DNA from: Macrostomum lignano
Taxonomy: Eukaryota
Reading direction: 5' to 3'
Length of the DNA: 64,000 nucleotides
NCBI GenBank assembly: GCA_002269645.1
Contig: NIVC01002492.1
Coordinates: forward strand, 104,819-168,818
The notes beneath the pieces are model-generated. The model did not search any database, was not told the DNA's origin, and saw only the letters and a program-made list of their open reading frames with translations. Positions within the stretch are counted from its first letter, which is position 1. Every line of letters starts with the position of its first letter. This document shows positions 21,844 to 34,983 of this stretch, in pieces. The translations under genes and the position numbers were made by a program.

Positions 21844-23681
21844 ATGATGAATTCGAATAGTATTTTGGCAATGCGCTGGTGAGTGAGAAAAATTCTTTCC
21901 AAGGATTGTGATCTGTTTTATTTCACTTGCTAATTGTTATTGATCCATCAGCTAATTCAAAAACATGTGCACAACTCGTAATTTAGGAGCTCCTCAGTTG
22001 AAAAAGACTCAGATTCTGGAAGCCTGAAAGACCCAGCGACAAAGAAGATGAAACCGTCCAGGGTAGGTTTGTTCGTAATGGATTACATGAATTCAAGTGA
22101 GTTCAATTGAATTATAAGATAAGAACTTGTACTACTTATAGGACCCGCAGTCGCACAGGGTTATTGAAAAGCGGCGCCGCGACCGCATGAACCAGTCTTT
22201 GAGTGATCTGAGCCGCCTCATTCCGGTCGCTTATTTAAAAAAGGTATCGAAAGTGCAACTTTTGCCGAGCCTATCGCATTCACAATTTTGACCCCAACGC
22301 CATGGGTTAAACTTTCAGGGCCAGAGTCGAGTCGAAAAGGCTGAGATAATTGAACTTGCGACACAACATCTCGTGGCTCTGTCAGCACAGCTAAAAAAAT
22401 GTGAAGGTAAGCGCATAGCACCATTCAATGCCTTTGCTTACTCCCATATTTTAGCGAAAGCAAATAAAAATGTTTAACAATCCTTTCAGCTTCGATGGGT
22501 ACCGACTTTCCTCGCTCCGAAAGTTCCTGCTGTGTCGGAAAGTTTTTTTTGGGATTCCGAGAAGCCAGCAAGTCTGCAGTGACCTTTCTCAATGAGCAAG
22601 AGGGGCTCAGCAGCAACGACCCTCTGTGTTGCAAACTAAGGGCTCACCTGCAGACTCTGTCTCAGCGACTGTTGCCTGGTTAGAAATGAATCTAACAATC
22701 TGAAACTTTATTCCTAAGCGTTTATTAATTTTTGTCGTTACTACGATCGCATTGTAACTGCAAGCATATGGTTTCACATTTTTTAAGCTTTAAAGTTAAA
22801 ATTTAGTCTTTTTTAAAGTTACACATAATTGAAAACATCCGTCAAAGTTTCTGGTACTTTATTTGCAACACAAACAGATGAAGCCACGCCACAACCGACA
22901 GCTTCAGCCTCTGAGGCAAAGTTAGGGCCGTCCGAGGTGGCCCAACAATCTTTGCCGGCGCACTCCGCTTCCTGCTGCTCCACTGATGAGGCCCACAGTG
23001 ACGCATCTTTTGATGCGGGTTGTGGCCCCTCCGTCGATGACATCAAAAAAAGCAGGCGTGACCCAAAAAGAAACTTTAGGGAAAGATTTGAGGTAAGCCA
23101 AAGCACTTTTCAAGGCTGGTGCAACCTTTACAAAAAGTTCATGGCAAAGTAAAGGGGCCTTCAAACTATTTTTTTTACTTTTAGGATTAATAATTTCCAT
23201 TAAGTACGTTCAAATAAAGAGTAAATTTTAATCAATATACAATTTCATGGCACTGAATGCACCAAAATTGGATTCTGCTTAGAATAAACCACAACACACG
23301 AATGTTAAAGCACTAAATCTAAAATTCCTGCAGGCTGAGGTGGCGAAGAGCCGAGAGGGTCGGAAGCGCCAAGCGGCATCCCCCCTTCCTGCGGCGGGCG
23401 GGCGAAGTCCCGACTATCGCGACCGTGTCCGCTTGCTTGGTGGTCTCGGTGAGACTGTCGAGGAAGCAAACAGGACTGCGAAGCTTCGGGTGGCCGAACC
23501 CCTTCTGCCAGGCTTTGTGCTGCATGAGTCGGGCACTTTCTACGAGCCTATGGTGGTGTCTCAGTCCAGCCTGGGGGTGGAACGGCTAAGCCGATGTGGG
23601 AAACCTCTTCACCCCGTTTCCATTCCTGTTAATTTCCGCACAACTAGATTTGTTCGCAGTCACCTGCCGCCAGATGCTTGA
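21844..23681 (+). CDS. cwo: Clockwork orange-like bHLH-Orange transcription repressor, 7 predicted coding exons
   Basis: Exons 21844-21878 (start tentative), 21987-22062, 22142-22243 ([28 protein letters not shown]), 22319-22406 ([15 protein letters not shown]), 22490-22678 (Orange: [33 protein letters not shown]), 22848-23092, 23334-23681 ([22 protein letters not shown] as in Cwo); GT-AG, phase-consistent. Confidence 0.85.
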
Positions 23682-24425
23682 TATGCTTTGCTGGCCCCGA
23701 CCGACGAGACGAGTTGACTGCGATGTCATGCAACTGTAAAGCACAGCTTCGGGTTCCGTTTTATTAACCGTCCTTATGTTACACTATGTTACATTCTTAT
23801 GGATTTTTGGCCTGTTTCAGATCTTTATCCTTCTATTTGACAAACAGCAGACAAGCACAATACTGCATGGCGTATGTTTACTCAAATTCCTACTACTACT
23901 GTACAGCAGTGATAAAAAAGCGATTCATAAGAGAAGTTATTCACATATTTCTTCACGTGAGCCGAAACAGTTTAAATTTATTAGAAATAGAGAAAGACGA
24001 AAAGTTTAATTTTTTCATATAATAACTGAAAACGCGCAGCGCATGATAATCTCCGTTTTTTAAGATAAAAAACAAACAGCTCTTGCTGTGTGTTGGATTT
24101 GGAGTGCCTTTGTACCGACCCTCTGTTATGTGTAGCGTCGCCAGTGTACACTTGGCGGTCCCCGTCTCAGTGTGTTGGGATGGGGTTGATGTGCGTGAGG
24201 CGTTGATGAGTCAGAGAGTTGGAGAGAGAAGGATCGATTTAATTTAATATATAAGCAATAATTTAGCCAAAGGGCTCATTTACCTGTTTTTTGTTAAAGT
24301 CTAACCCTCCGATTTATTAGACTTGATTATTTCTTTAACATATGGCGCCCGAACCAAAATCACAGTAAAATCAAGCCGTGAGCGCAAGAGTGCTACAGTG
24401 ACTCAGCGATTTATCAACAACAGCA

Positions 24426-27400
24426 TGAACTCCAGGAAGAGAGGCGTGTTACGAGCGACGGTCACCAGACTGGCACAGAAAGCCGAAGACCTGCTCAAAA
24501 CAGATGCTGCTGAAGATGAAATCGACAGCGTTCTAGAGGCTCTACGGTTCAAGAAGCAGCAGCTCCAAGCAGCAGATGAAGAGCTCGCCGCGGAGGTTGA
24601 CGAGAAGGACGTGCAGGCTGAAGCAGAGACGACAATGGAGTACGACCTGCTGGCTGGCAAATTGATCTCAAACCTCACCAGACGGCTCCAGGAGCTTCAG
24701 ACCGCGCGGACTGGCACGCCGCAGGCATTAAACCTGCTGCAGAATACAGCCATACAGACGACGACTTCGTCCAAGTCAACGACAAGGACTCAGACTGCCA
24801 TCAGGTTGCTAAAACTGCCGCCACCGTCATTCAGTGGCGATCGGACCCAGTGGACGGAATTCTGGGACCGCTTCAACTCCAGTATCCATGACAACCCGAG
24901 CCTGAGTGTCGTCGACAAATTCAGCTACCTGCAGTCGTGTCTGTCTGGGGAAGCCCGAAACTCGATCGCTGGTCTCAACATCACGAAGGACAACTACCAT
25001 ATCGCCATCGACAACCTGCAACGACGATTTGGATCCCGCAACGGAGCCGTGCGCGAGCACCTGGCAAAGTTCTCGGCGCTGACCTGCTTCAGTTCGTCGG
25101 CACAGCACCTGAGGAATTTCTACGACCAAGTCAATGGAAATGTCCGCAGTCTGACGAATCTCGGGGTGAGTGTCGAATCTTACGAGTCCATGTTGCTGCC
25201 CAACTTGCTGGCGAAGCTGCCGGAAGTCGTTCGTCTCGGGATGCTGAGAACTGCTCGGATTGCTTTCGTCGGTTATTCCTTTGGTAGCAGCTTGTCGCAG
25301 ATGAGGGATGGCAATGGCTTAGATTCTGTGACGGAGTTTCTGCAGGTCTTGGAAATGGAGATTTTAGTCCGGGAGGAGGCGGCCGTTGGAGCTGGAGGGC
25401 AGACGTCCGGTTCCAATGGAGCGTCCAAGACTGCTGGTGAGAAACAGACAAGGGATGGCGGCACAGTGGCTACGCTTCACACGAAGGTCAAAAAGGTCAG
25501 CACGGCTTGTCCCTTCTGCGAAACTGAACATGCTCCAGAGAAGTGCACTCGCCTGGTAGACGTTGCGGCACGACTCCAGTTTTTGAAGGAGCAGAGGCGT
25601 TGCTTAAGCTTTCTCTGCAAGGGACACAGCGTCAAGACCTGCTACCACAAGAAGCAATGTGAATTCTGCCAGATGAAGCATCACCCAAGTCTCTGTAGCG
25701 CACGCATGGAGAAGCTGCAGGGTAAGGATGGACCGAAAGCACCCGGCTCCACACTTGGAAAGGTGGGAGAAGACCGGAAGAAGTCCGAGCAGGCTGCTGC
25801 ACAGAATGTGAAGAGTCAAGAAGTGAAGACCATGGCTATGGTGACAAAATCTCAAACAGTGATCCTTCCAACAGCGGGAGCTGTACTGATTTTGACTGTT
25901 AACAATCGGGAGACTCCGGTGCGAATTCTCTTTGACTCTGCAAGCAACCGTTCGTTCATCTTGACCAGCTTGGCTGAGAAGATGGGGCTCCAGGTCATGG
26001 GCAGAGAGACGATGGAGGTGACAACATTCGGTGGCACAGAGGCCAAGGTGCTGCAGACTGCGATGGTCGAGTTCAAGCTTCGGAAATCTGACAGCACCGC
26101 CCAGTTCACAGTGCGCGCCAACACAGTGCCTTACATCTGCTCTCATCAGCCAGTTGTCAGCAGCTTGTGCATGAAGCACTTTCAACACCTCGACATGGCA
26201 GACTGGGACATCGGTGGTGAACAGAATCCCGAGATCAGTATCCTCATCGGAGCCGAACAATTCTACGACCTCGTCACAGGTCAAGTGATTCGCTCAGAGG
26301 TTGGCTCCGGTCCAGTTGCCGTAGCCAGTCAGCTCGGTTGGTTGCTGTGCGGGTCACTGTCAGATGGGATCGCCGCAAGTGAGCTAGAGACCAGGTCAGA
26401 GCAGGTTCTTCTCTGCTGTGCTCAAGGAGCGGAGAAAGGTCTGGACAGCAGCACCATCGAGGCGTTCTGGACTTTAGAAGGTCTCGGCATCAGAAGTGCA
26501 GCCGAGCCTGATCAGCGTCCACTGACTCTGAATGCCCAGTTCCAAGAGGGTCGCTACTCAGTTCAGCTGCCGTGGAAGATTCCCAAAAAGGAATTAAGAT
26601 TGCCCGACAATTTTGAGGTAGCGTTCAAGAGACTAAAGACCAATCTGACGAGGCTGCGTCGTGAGCCTGCGCTACTTCAGGAGTACCACCGCATTCTGAC
26701 CAGTCAGAAGGAAGCTGGCGTAGTCGAAGAAGCTCCAAATGGGACCAGCGATCTCATCCACTACCTACCCCACCGAGCCGTAATCCGTCCTGAAGCTGAA
26801 TCGACCAAAGTTCGAGTGGTTTTCGACGCGAGTGCCAAGCGAGATCAGTGCAGTCCATCGCTGAATGACTGTCTGGAAACAGGAACCTGTTCGTTGGCCG
26901 AGATTCCGCGACTGCTTCTGGCATTTCGACTTCATCCGATCGCCTTGACTGCCGATATTGAGAAGGCTTTTTTGCAGATCCGAATTGCAGAAGACGATCG
27001 CGATGCTCTACGATTCCTCTGGCCACGGGATCCCAGTCAAGCTGATTCACCTCTTGTTGTTCTGCGCTACGCTGCTCTGGTGTTCGGACTCACCTGCTCA
27101 CCTGCCGTCCTGGAGACTGTCATTCAACACCATTTGGCATCTCACCGAGGCCAGAATGCAGAGTTCGTGGATAAGGTGTCCAAAGAAATCTATGTGGACA
27201 ACCTGATCTCTGGGTGCGTGGATGAACAGCAGGCCCTGGATCTCATCCAAAAATCCCGGCACATATTCCAACAGGCTGGAATGAATCTGCGACACTGGCA
27301 GTCCAACAGCAAGAATGTATTGAAAGCGGTTCGCGCCAGCACACTTGACAGTGATGTTCTTGCTCCGGCGTTGTCGGCGGTGACAAAGGACATCACGGAG

Positions 27401-29776
27401 GACCCCTCCAGCTATTCAGCCGCCTCATTGGGCGAAGATGGCGTATCGTCAAAAGCCCTCGGACTGCGATGGGAGACAGGATCGGACGTGTTCGTGCTGC
27501 AGTTTTCTCCGCCAGAAGATTTGCTCAAGGCGTCGCCATCCAAGCGTGTCGTGCTACAGCTGCTGGCCCGTGTCTACGATCCTCTGGGTTTCCTGGTTCC
27601 GCTGCTTACGTTGCCGAAATCGATGTTCCAAAAGCTGTGCGTTGAAAAGATCGCTTGGGACTGCCCGCTAAAGGAGCCGATTAAGCAGCAGTGGCTGAAG
27701 TGTTTGCAGGAGATGCTGGCAGGTCGATTTCAAGTTCCAAGGTTGGTGCTTTCGGCGACGAAGGAGGTCGAGGAGCTGCATGGGTTCTGTGATGCGTCAG
27801 TCAAATGCTATGCGGCGTGTCTTTACCTGCGAGTGCAGTACACCGATGGTTTCGTCAGCTGCAACCTGGTGGCCGCCAAGGCGAGAGTGGCTCCACTGTC
27901 GGTTCTTTCAATTCCTCGGCTCGAACTCCTGGGTGCCTTGATACTCGCCAGACTGTTGACATCATCCATGAGTCAGTATCCTCAGGTTCGCCAGGTGTTT
28001 TGCTGGACAGACAGTGCCGACACGCTCTACTGGATCCGGCAGCACAGACCCTGGAAGCTCTTTGTTCATAATCGGGTGACGGAGATCCGCCGCCTGGTGC
28101 CAGGGGATGCCTGGAGACATGTCCCAGGCGAGGAGAATCCGGCGGACGTTGCATCTCGAGGAACATCAGCGAGCAAGTTGCAGGCGGACAACAGCTGGTG
28201 GCACGGTCCAGGCTGGCTGGCACGACCTCCTGACGATTGGCCCGACCAATCCTTTCTCAGCTTACCGACAGCGGCAGTTGCCGACGAGTAGAAGACACAG
28301 GCGAACCGTCCCGTTGTTCTGCTAACTGAAGCTGGTCCTGACATCAGTCTACAAGAAGTTCTCAATGACACGAACTTCTCATCCTGGACCAATCTGATTC
28401 GAGTGACAGCCTATGTCCTACGCTTCGTCAGAAACCTGCAAGCTATAACTTCTGCAGCGGGGGAGGAGCGAGTGGGACTACTGGCTGCAGCAGAAGTCCT
28501 TGAAGCTGAAGAGCGCTGGCTGCTAGAAGTGCAGAGACAGAGTTTTCAAGCCGAAATTGCTCACCTTCAGGAGTCAGCGGCCAGTACAGATCTCAGCAGG
28601 CAGTTGAATCTTTTTCTAGACAACAAGAGTATTCTCCGAAGCCAAGGTCGATTGAAGGAGTCCAACGCCTCTGCCGAGGTTGACTGTCCGATTCTGATCC
28701 CGAACAAGTCACACCTGGAGCTTCTTCTCATCTGGGACGCTCACGCCAAGGTTCTGCACGGGGGAGTGCCCAGCACTCTTTGTAAGCTGCGAGAGAGATT
28801 CTGGCTAATCAGAGGAAGACAGCGAGTCAAGTCGATCCTGAGAAGGTGCTTTGTCTGCAGACGTCTTCAAGGACTACCATATGCAGTGAAGCAAATTCCA
28901 GCCTTACCTGAAGCACGCGTGAAGTCTGGGAGAGCCTTTGAGTGGTGCGGACTCGACTACTGCGGACCTGTCAAACTGATGGAGGACACAGAAATCGAGA
29001 AAGGCTATATCCTGGTTTTCACCTGTGCGGCCACGCGAGCCCTTCACCTGGAACTGGTGAGCGACTTGACGACCGAGACCTTCCTGCGAGCCCTCCGAAG
29101 GTTCTGTGCTCGGAGAGGAATTCCCAATCTCATCAGTGACAACGCCAAGACATTCACCAAGGCTGCCAAAATACTTCAGGCGTCGGAGAGTCGACAAGTT
29201 CAAGACTTCTGCGCCACCAGGAAAATCACCTGGCAATTCATCGTCGAACGCGCACCGTGGCAAGGAGGCTTCTGGGAGCGACTGATGAGGGACATCAAGC
29301 TGGCTTTGCGCAAGACCATCCTCAACGCAACCCTGACGCTGGACGAACTGCGGACAGTGCTAATGGAGGTGGAAGCGGTGCTCAACAGTGGGCCTCTACT
29401 CTACGTGGATGCCGAAACCAACGGAGAAGTCCTGACGCAGGCGCACTTTCTGGTCCTGCAACGGCTGACGGCGGAGCCAACTTCCAGCGGTACGCCCGAG
29501 CTCCTGCTGCCGTTGCCAACACTGCTGAGGCGAATGCGCGCCAGACTGCAAGCCTTCTGGGACTGCTGGGAGCGACAGTATCTGACCAGCCTGCGAGAAC
29601 ATAATCTAAGTCCCAAGCATGGCGTAACTCGAGAAGCGACGGCACATCCTGGCCGAGACGGGGCGGTGAGATCTGTAACGGTTCGAGTCGCGCCCAGACC
29701 TGGCCGCGGTCCCAGGAGATGCTTGATTCACCGACCGGTGGAGAACCTGATTTGGCTGGAAGCTGTGACCGAATGA
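24426..29776 (+). CDS. BEL/Pao gag-pol polyprotein with one in-frame TAG at 28289-28291
   Basis: DUF1759-like FSGDRTQWTEFWDRF, Cys/His knuckles, protease LFDSAS, RT ADIEKAFLQI/YVDN, RNase H DAS..YAA, integrase GLDYCGP/SDNAKTF; ORF 28403-29776 is in the same frame. Confidence 0.92.
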
Positions 29777-30595
29777 ACTTAAGTAACTGACTTTCAATGA
29801 CTGTTCTAATCGTTGTTTCGAGTTCCTGTTTAGTTTTAGTTCGCAGTAATTTTCACTCACTTTCAATCTTACCTTTTGAGCTCCTTGGCGCTGATTGGAT
29901 TTTTTTTAGTTTCGTTTTCCCTTTGTTCCTCACTTACGTGCTTCTTCGTTGCTGAATTCGCATTCAAACTGTTGACGATTTGCTGCCGTTCGTTTGCGTA
30001 ATATTTTCGCTCTTCGAATACTCGTATCAACCTTTAAGTAATGATGAAGCATCATTAGGGGGAGTGTGTTGGATTTGGAGTGCCTTCGTACCGACCCTCT
30101 GTTATGTGTAGCGTCGCCAGTGTACACTTGGCGGTCCCCGTCTCAGAGTGTGTTGGGGTGGGGTTGATGTGCGTGAGGCGTTGATGAGTCAGAGAGTTGG
30201 AGAGAGAAGGATCGATTTAATTTAACAGTAAAACTACCAAGAGGGGGGGGAAAATTTCCCCCCCCCCCCTGACAATTTTTTTTGCTGCGCCGGAACGGAG
30301 CAACGCAGACACACAAAATTCAAGAACACGGGCTAACTTTTTGTTGCGCACCTTCTCAAACAAGAATCAAGTCGCCAGCCCTCCGGACCGTCGAGATATT
30401 CGACGATTCTTCCAGAAGGTCGGATTTTTCCCATAAGCGCTAGTGTATTCAGTACACCCCTGTGCGCCAAATAGCACTGCGACTCAGTGCGGCCTTGCCA
30501 AGTCTCCAAATTTCATCAGCACGTCGACCACATGTGTCTGCATCAGCTCTGACTTCGTTGGTCACTAGCCTTCACCCAGGCGGAGCTTCTAGACC

Positions 30596-30900
30596 TTCAA
30601 CAGATGACACCAGGCGACTATGAACACCCTGATGCAAATTTCTCTAGTTTCGCTGATCAAGCCTCGACAGTGAGCAAGCCTCAACTTCTGGACACCCTCA
30701 GCTAATCTCTCAAGCATTCAGTCATCACTCGGACGCCGTCGGCACCTTCAACAGATGACACCAGGCGACTATGAACACCCTGATGCAAATTTCTCTAGTT
30801 TCGCCGATCAAGCCTCGACAGTGAGCAAGCCTCAACTTCTGGACACCCCAGCTAATCTCTCAAGCATTCAGTCATCACCCCGACGCCGTCGGCACCTTCA
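30596..30900. repeat. About 151-bp tandem repeat in the left arm (2 units)
   Basis: TTCAACAG recurs at 30596, 30747 and 30897. Confidence 0.85.
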
Positions 30901-31407
30901 ACAGGTGGCACTAGGTGAGTAAGGACATCGAAGCGTGGTTTTTCATCATGCTCTTAACATTTATGAAGCTAATACATTTTTTAAGCACGGACATTGCTAT
31001 AGATAAGCTTGAACTCATGTTGCTGTATATTTATATTATTATTACACATACTTTTATACATACGAGCTACATACATATTTTATTTGACAAGCTGTTTAGT
31101 TATTCAACTATAATATTGAACCCAATATTTATGCAGAAAGGGTTATGCTTTTAAAAAATGAAAAAAACTATTCAATTTACCTGCACGCAAATGAAATTTA
31201 GGATCAAGTAATTAAAGATAACTACTAGTATTATATAAAAAAGAAACGAAAATTAGCGCAAAAGCATGATAGCTACTACTGTACATTCGCAAGAAATCCT
31301 AGAACAATGACAAGTTTTTCATTATCCTCAAATGTCCTTCAATTTTCTGATTACATGCACAACAAATTCGAGGCCGGAAATCTTTCGTGCTCCTTCTGGC
31401 TGGATTT

Positions 31408-33173
31408 TTACTGTTGGTTGTAGCAGGTGTCGCACAATGAGACATCGTTTCGATGTCTCTTGCACACGAAACTAGCGCAGTTCGCACACTTTTTGTTTCG
31501 CGTGTTCAGCGAGTACTTCTCCGCACTTGTGCTCCTTTCTGCCATGCACAGTCGGCATCGCCCTCGCTCTCCTGCTGGCCGATCGGCGGTAGCGCATTCA
31601 GGGAACTGATAATTTGGTTGGATTTTCAGCACCGTGTTGAAAAGACTACGAAGATGACTTGACATGCCGGTTAGGTCATTCGCACGGCGTTCAATCTGCG
31701 GTTGAAGCAACCCGGAAGCAGCTTGAAGGAGAAATTCTTTGCGAGCCAGGCCCGTGTGACCTGATAGACGGTAAACCGTGTCGCCGTTGATCCACGCCAC
31801 ATTGAGCATGTGTCCAGTGAAAATTGTCTTTTCAAGACAGCGCGATATGCGATGGCAGTTCATAGTGGTAACCATTCTGTTGATCGTGTCGGTGCCAGCC
31901 TTCGTTGTGTTGTAGTGCTGGATCAGCTCTGGTTTGTTTTTTGGAGGCACACGTCGGCTGTCATGATGATTAGTGGATAACAGAATTACAGTCCTCCGCT
32001 TGCTTGAAGCACGCACGACTGTAAGAGGCCCGTCATACAGGAACTCCGGCTGACTTGGTCTCTTGTTGTCCTTGAACTGAGGTGGCAGGCCCTTGCGATC
32101 GCGCTTTACGGTTCCCAGAAGTGTTATTTTCTCATCGTAGAGCGCTGCTGCCACCCTTGGGCTAGTAAAAAAACGATCAGCGGTAATGTTTATCCAAAAT
32201 CCTTTAAAGTTGTCGGATAGACGAAGAAGCACTTGCTCGCCACTCCAGTATTTGCTGACGCCACCGCTCTCCGCTTTCATCAGCAGGTTGTTTTCTGCGG
32301 TGTACAATTCTGACTTGTACACATAATGTAATGTTTCACTGCTTTCTTCGATCGGACTTCGAGCAGTGGTTGCCGTGAAAAACTTCAGGCCGTTTCTTGC
32401 TGGCTTGTCCTTCATGAAGACAGTAAAGCTACAGTCATTGCCATAGTATCGAATGAGCTGTTCATCGATACAGATGTAGGCTCCAGGCAGGACGGGCATT
32501 GCGAGGCGATCTTGAAAGTTGCTATACAGAGCTCGAATGCCGTAGATAGGATCTCTGGCAGTCCTTGCAATCCGGCTCGCGCGACATTCAAACGAGAGAC
32601 AACTCCATAATTGCGAAAATCTGTTTCTCGAGAAGCCTGTCACCAAAAAAGCGTGAATCGGATGACAAGGGTCGACAGACCAAATTTGCTGTACACTTGC
32701 GTTACGCATGTTGTGGGCTCCTAAATAAAGTAGTGCTCCAATGAAGCCTTCCATTTCAACAACATCACAGTCTTCGAAGTCACTGCCAAGTCTGCGATGG
32801 CCAGTCTCATTTGTCGATCTGACAATTTCTTCAACAGCATCTCTGGGCAAAAAAATAGGACGCATTCCGTTGGCGAGTCAAAGGAAAAGTTTGGATTGAT
32901 CTGCGGTTCCAAACGCAGCACAGAGTCGCTTGGCCATCGCCTTGGGTGCGGATGTTGAGTGCTATAGCTAAATTCATGATTTGGTAGGGGCTTGATCTCA
33001 TGAATTACTTGTAGTTTTGACGGCGCTAAAGATACTTCGGGCGACTCCTCATCTGACAGGAACTCGTCAGCGTCAGCTTCACTTACTTCCGAATCACTTG
33101 AATCGGTACTGGTCGATCTTGATTCGTCGGTTGGGTCAGAACCTTTGGGGCATCTGCCGCTATAGCTCGCCAT
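31408..33173 (-). CDS. piggyBac (DDE_Tnp_1_7/PGBD4-like) transposase; single 1-bp frameshift in an A7 run at about 32850
   Basis: Acidic N-terminus, then CIDEQL, TADRFFTS, AGTDTIN (catalytic D triad) and C-terminal Cys-rich RCRLC...CANCASFVCKRH..CDTC. Confidence 0.9.
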
Positions 33174-33545
33174 TGCATTTGACACAAAACTGCTTGTCTG
33201 ATATCTGAAGCTTTGAAAATTGCACTCTTGTCTGTTTTGGGCCAGTAAGTTTTGGGGTTTAGAGTCTTTATAGACCCACCCTTGCGTGGCTGGCGCTCTG
33301 GTTTCCCCTTGTGCCCCTAGAGACCCTCCCCTCGCTGGCGGCAGACCGTGATTGGCTGCTGCCCAACAGACAGACAGCCTTTACCTACCCTGCATTCTGC
33401 CCGCTGTCTAGCCCTGCAGTTCCTACGGGTATATATGTGAAAAGGTTGTTTACACACCACTTGCCATCCAACACTCATGCATTTATATCACAAACGAGGT
33501 TCCGCAAATTAGGTTTCTTAAGTCAACAGCTTCAGCGCTGCAAAG

Positions 33546-33950
33546 GTGCGTGACATGTCTTCCGACATTGAGAACGTTAAGGATTTTCTGCGGCGGAATG
33601 GCGCAACAACGAATGACATAAAAAAGTTTGTTGCATTTTGTTCCATCTACAAGGACACCAGAAGAAAAGAAGCTCGCTATGAGGCCTACCGAATTTGGGC
33701 TAGATACTTGCGCCGATCACCAATAGGACCTGGAAAGTACACATGGCCAGCTGAAATTACCACCTATCTTCGAAAAGTCACTGGTGGCAGGGCTGTTGAT
33801 GCACCGCCTGTAAGTATCGATGTACTGTACACGAAGTGGTTACGAAAAAATATTGTCTTATTTTCATTTCTATTCCAGCCAGAAGGAGCACGAAAGATTT
33901 CCGGCCACGAATTTGTTGTGCATGTAATCAGAAAATTGAAGGACATTTGA
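33546..33950 (+). CDS. Accessory ORF of the piggyBac element, function unknown; probable intron at about 33810-33878
   Basis: 134-aa ORF divergent from the transposase; CCT|GTAAGT donor and TTCCAG acceptor; RYEAYR.W...IGPG...P..I..YLR motif. Confidence 0.55.
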   Translation: MRDMSSDIENVKDFLRRNGATTNDIKKFVAFCSIYKDTRRKEARYEAYRIWARYLRRSPIGPGKYTWPAEITTYLRKVTGGRAVDAPPVSIDVLYTKWLRKNIVLFSFLFQPEGARKISGHEFVVHVIRKLKDI

Positions 33951-34375
33951 GGATAATGAAAAACTTGTCATTGTTCTAGGATTTCTTGCGAATGTACAGT
34001 AGTAGCTATCATGCTTTTGCGCTAATTTTCGTTTCTTTTTTATATAATACTAGTAGTTATCTTTAATTACTTGATCCTAAATTTCATTTGCGTGCAGGTA
34101 AATTGAATAGTTTTTTTCATTTTTTAAAAGCATAACCCTTTCTGCATAAATATTGGGTTCAATATTATAGTTGAATAACTAAACAGCTTGTCAAATAAAA
34201 TATGTATGTAGCTCGTATGTATAAAAGTATGTGTAATAATAATATAAATATACAGCAACATGAGTTCAAGCTTATCTATAGCAATGTCCGTGCTTAAAAA
34301 ATGTATTAGCTTCATAAATGTTAAGAGCATGATGAAAAACCACGCTTCGATGTCCTTACTCACCTAGTGCCACCT

Positions 34376-34983
34376 GTTGAAGGTGCCGACGGCGTCGGGG
34401 TGATGACTGAATGCTTGAGAGATTAGCTGGGGTGTCCAGAAGTTGAGGCTTGCTCACTGTCGAGGCTTGATCGGCGAAACTAGAGAAATTTGCATCAGGG
34501 TGTTCATAGTCGCCTGGTGTCATCTGTTGAAGGTGCCGACGGCGTCCGAGTGATGACTGAATGCTTGAGAGATTAGCTGAGGGTGTCCAGAAGTTGAGGC
34601 TTGCTCACTGTCGAGGCTTGATCAGCGAAACTAGAGAAATTTGCATCAGGGTGTTCATAGTCGCCTGGTGTCATCTGTTGAAGGTGCCGACGGCGTCGGG
34701 GTGATGACTGAATGCTTGAGAGACTAGCTGAAGATGTTCCGCGGTTGAGGCTTGCCCATTGGCAAGGCTTGATCAGCGAAACTAGAGAAATTTGCATCAG
34801 GGTGTTCATAGTCACCTGGTGTAATCCGTTGAAGGTGCCGACGGCGTCAAGGTGATGATGGAAGGCTCGAGAGACTAGCTGAGGATACCTAGCAGTTGAG
34901 GTATGCCCACTGTCGAGGCTTGATCAGCGAAACTCGAGAAATTCGTATCAGAGTGTCCATAGTCACTTGGTGCCACCTGTTGA
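34376..34983. repeat. About 151-bp tandem repeat in the right arm (4 units)
   Basis: GTTGAAGGTGCC period of about 151 bp; reverse complement of the left-arm unit. Confidence 0.85.

Noticed and set aside
30915-34363. Identical 79-aa ORF pair MSKDIEAWFF
   Set aside because: Mirror copies within the inverted arms; AT-rich, GTG start, no domain
30596-34983. 151-bp arrays as a CRISPR-like system
   Set aside because: Head-to-tail units with no unique spacers, eukaryotic context, no cas genes
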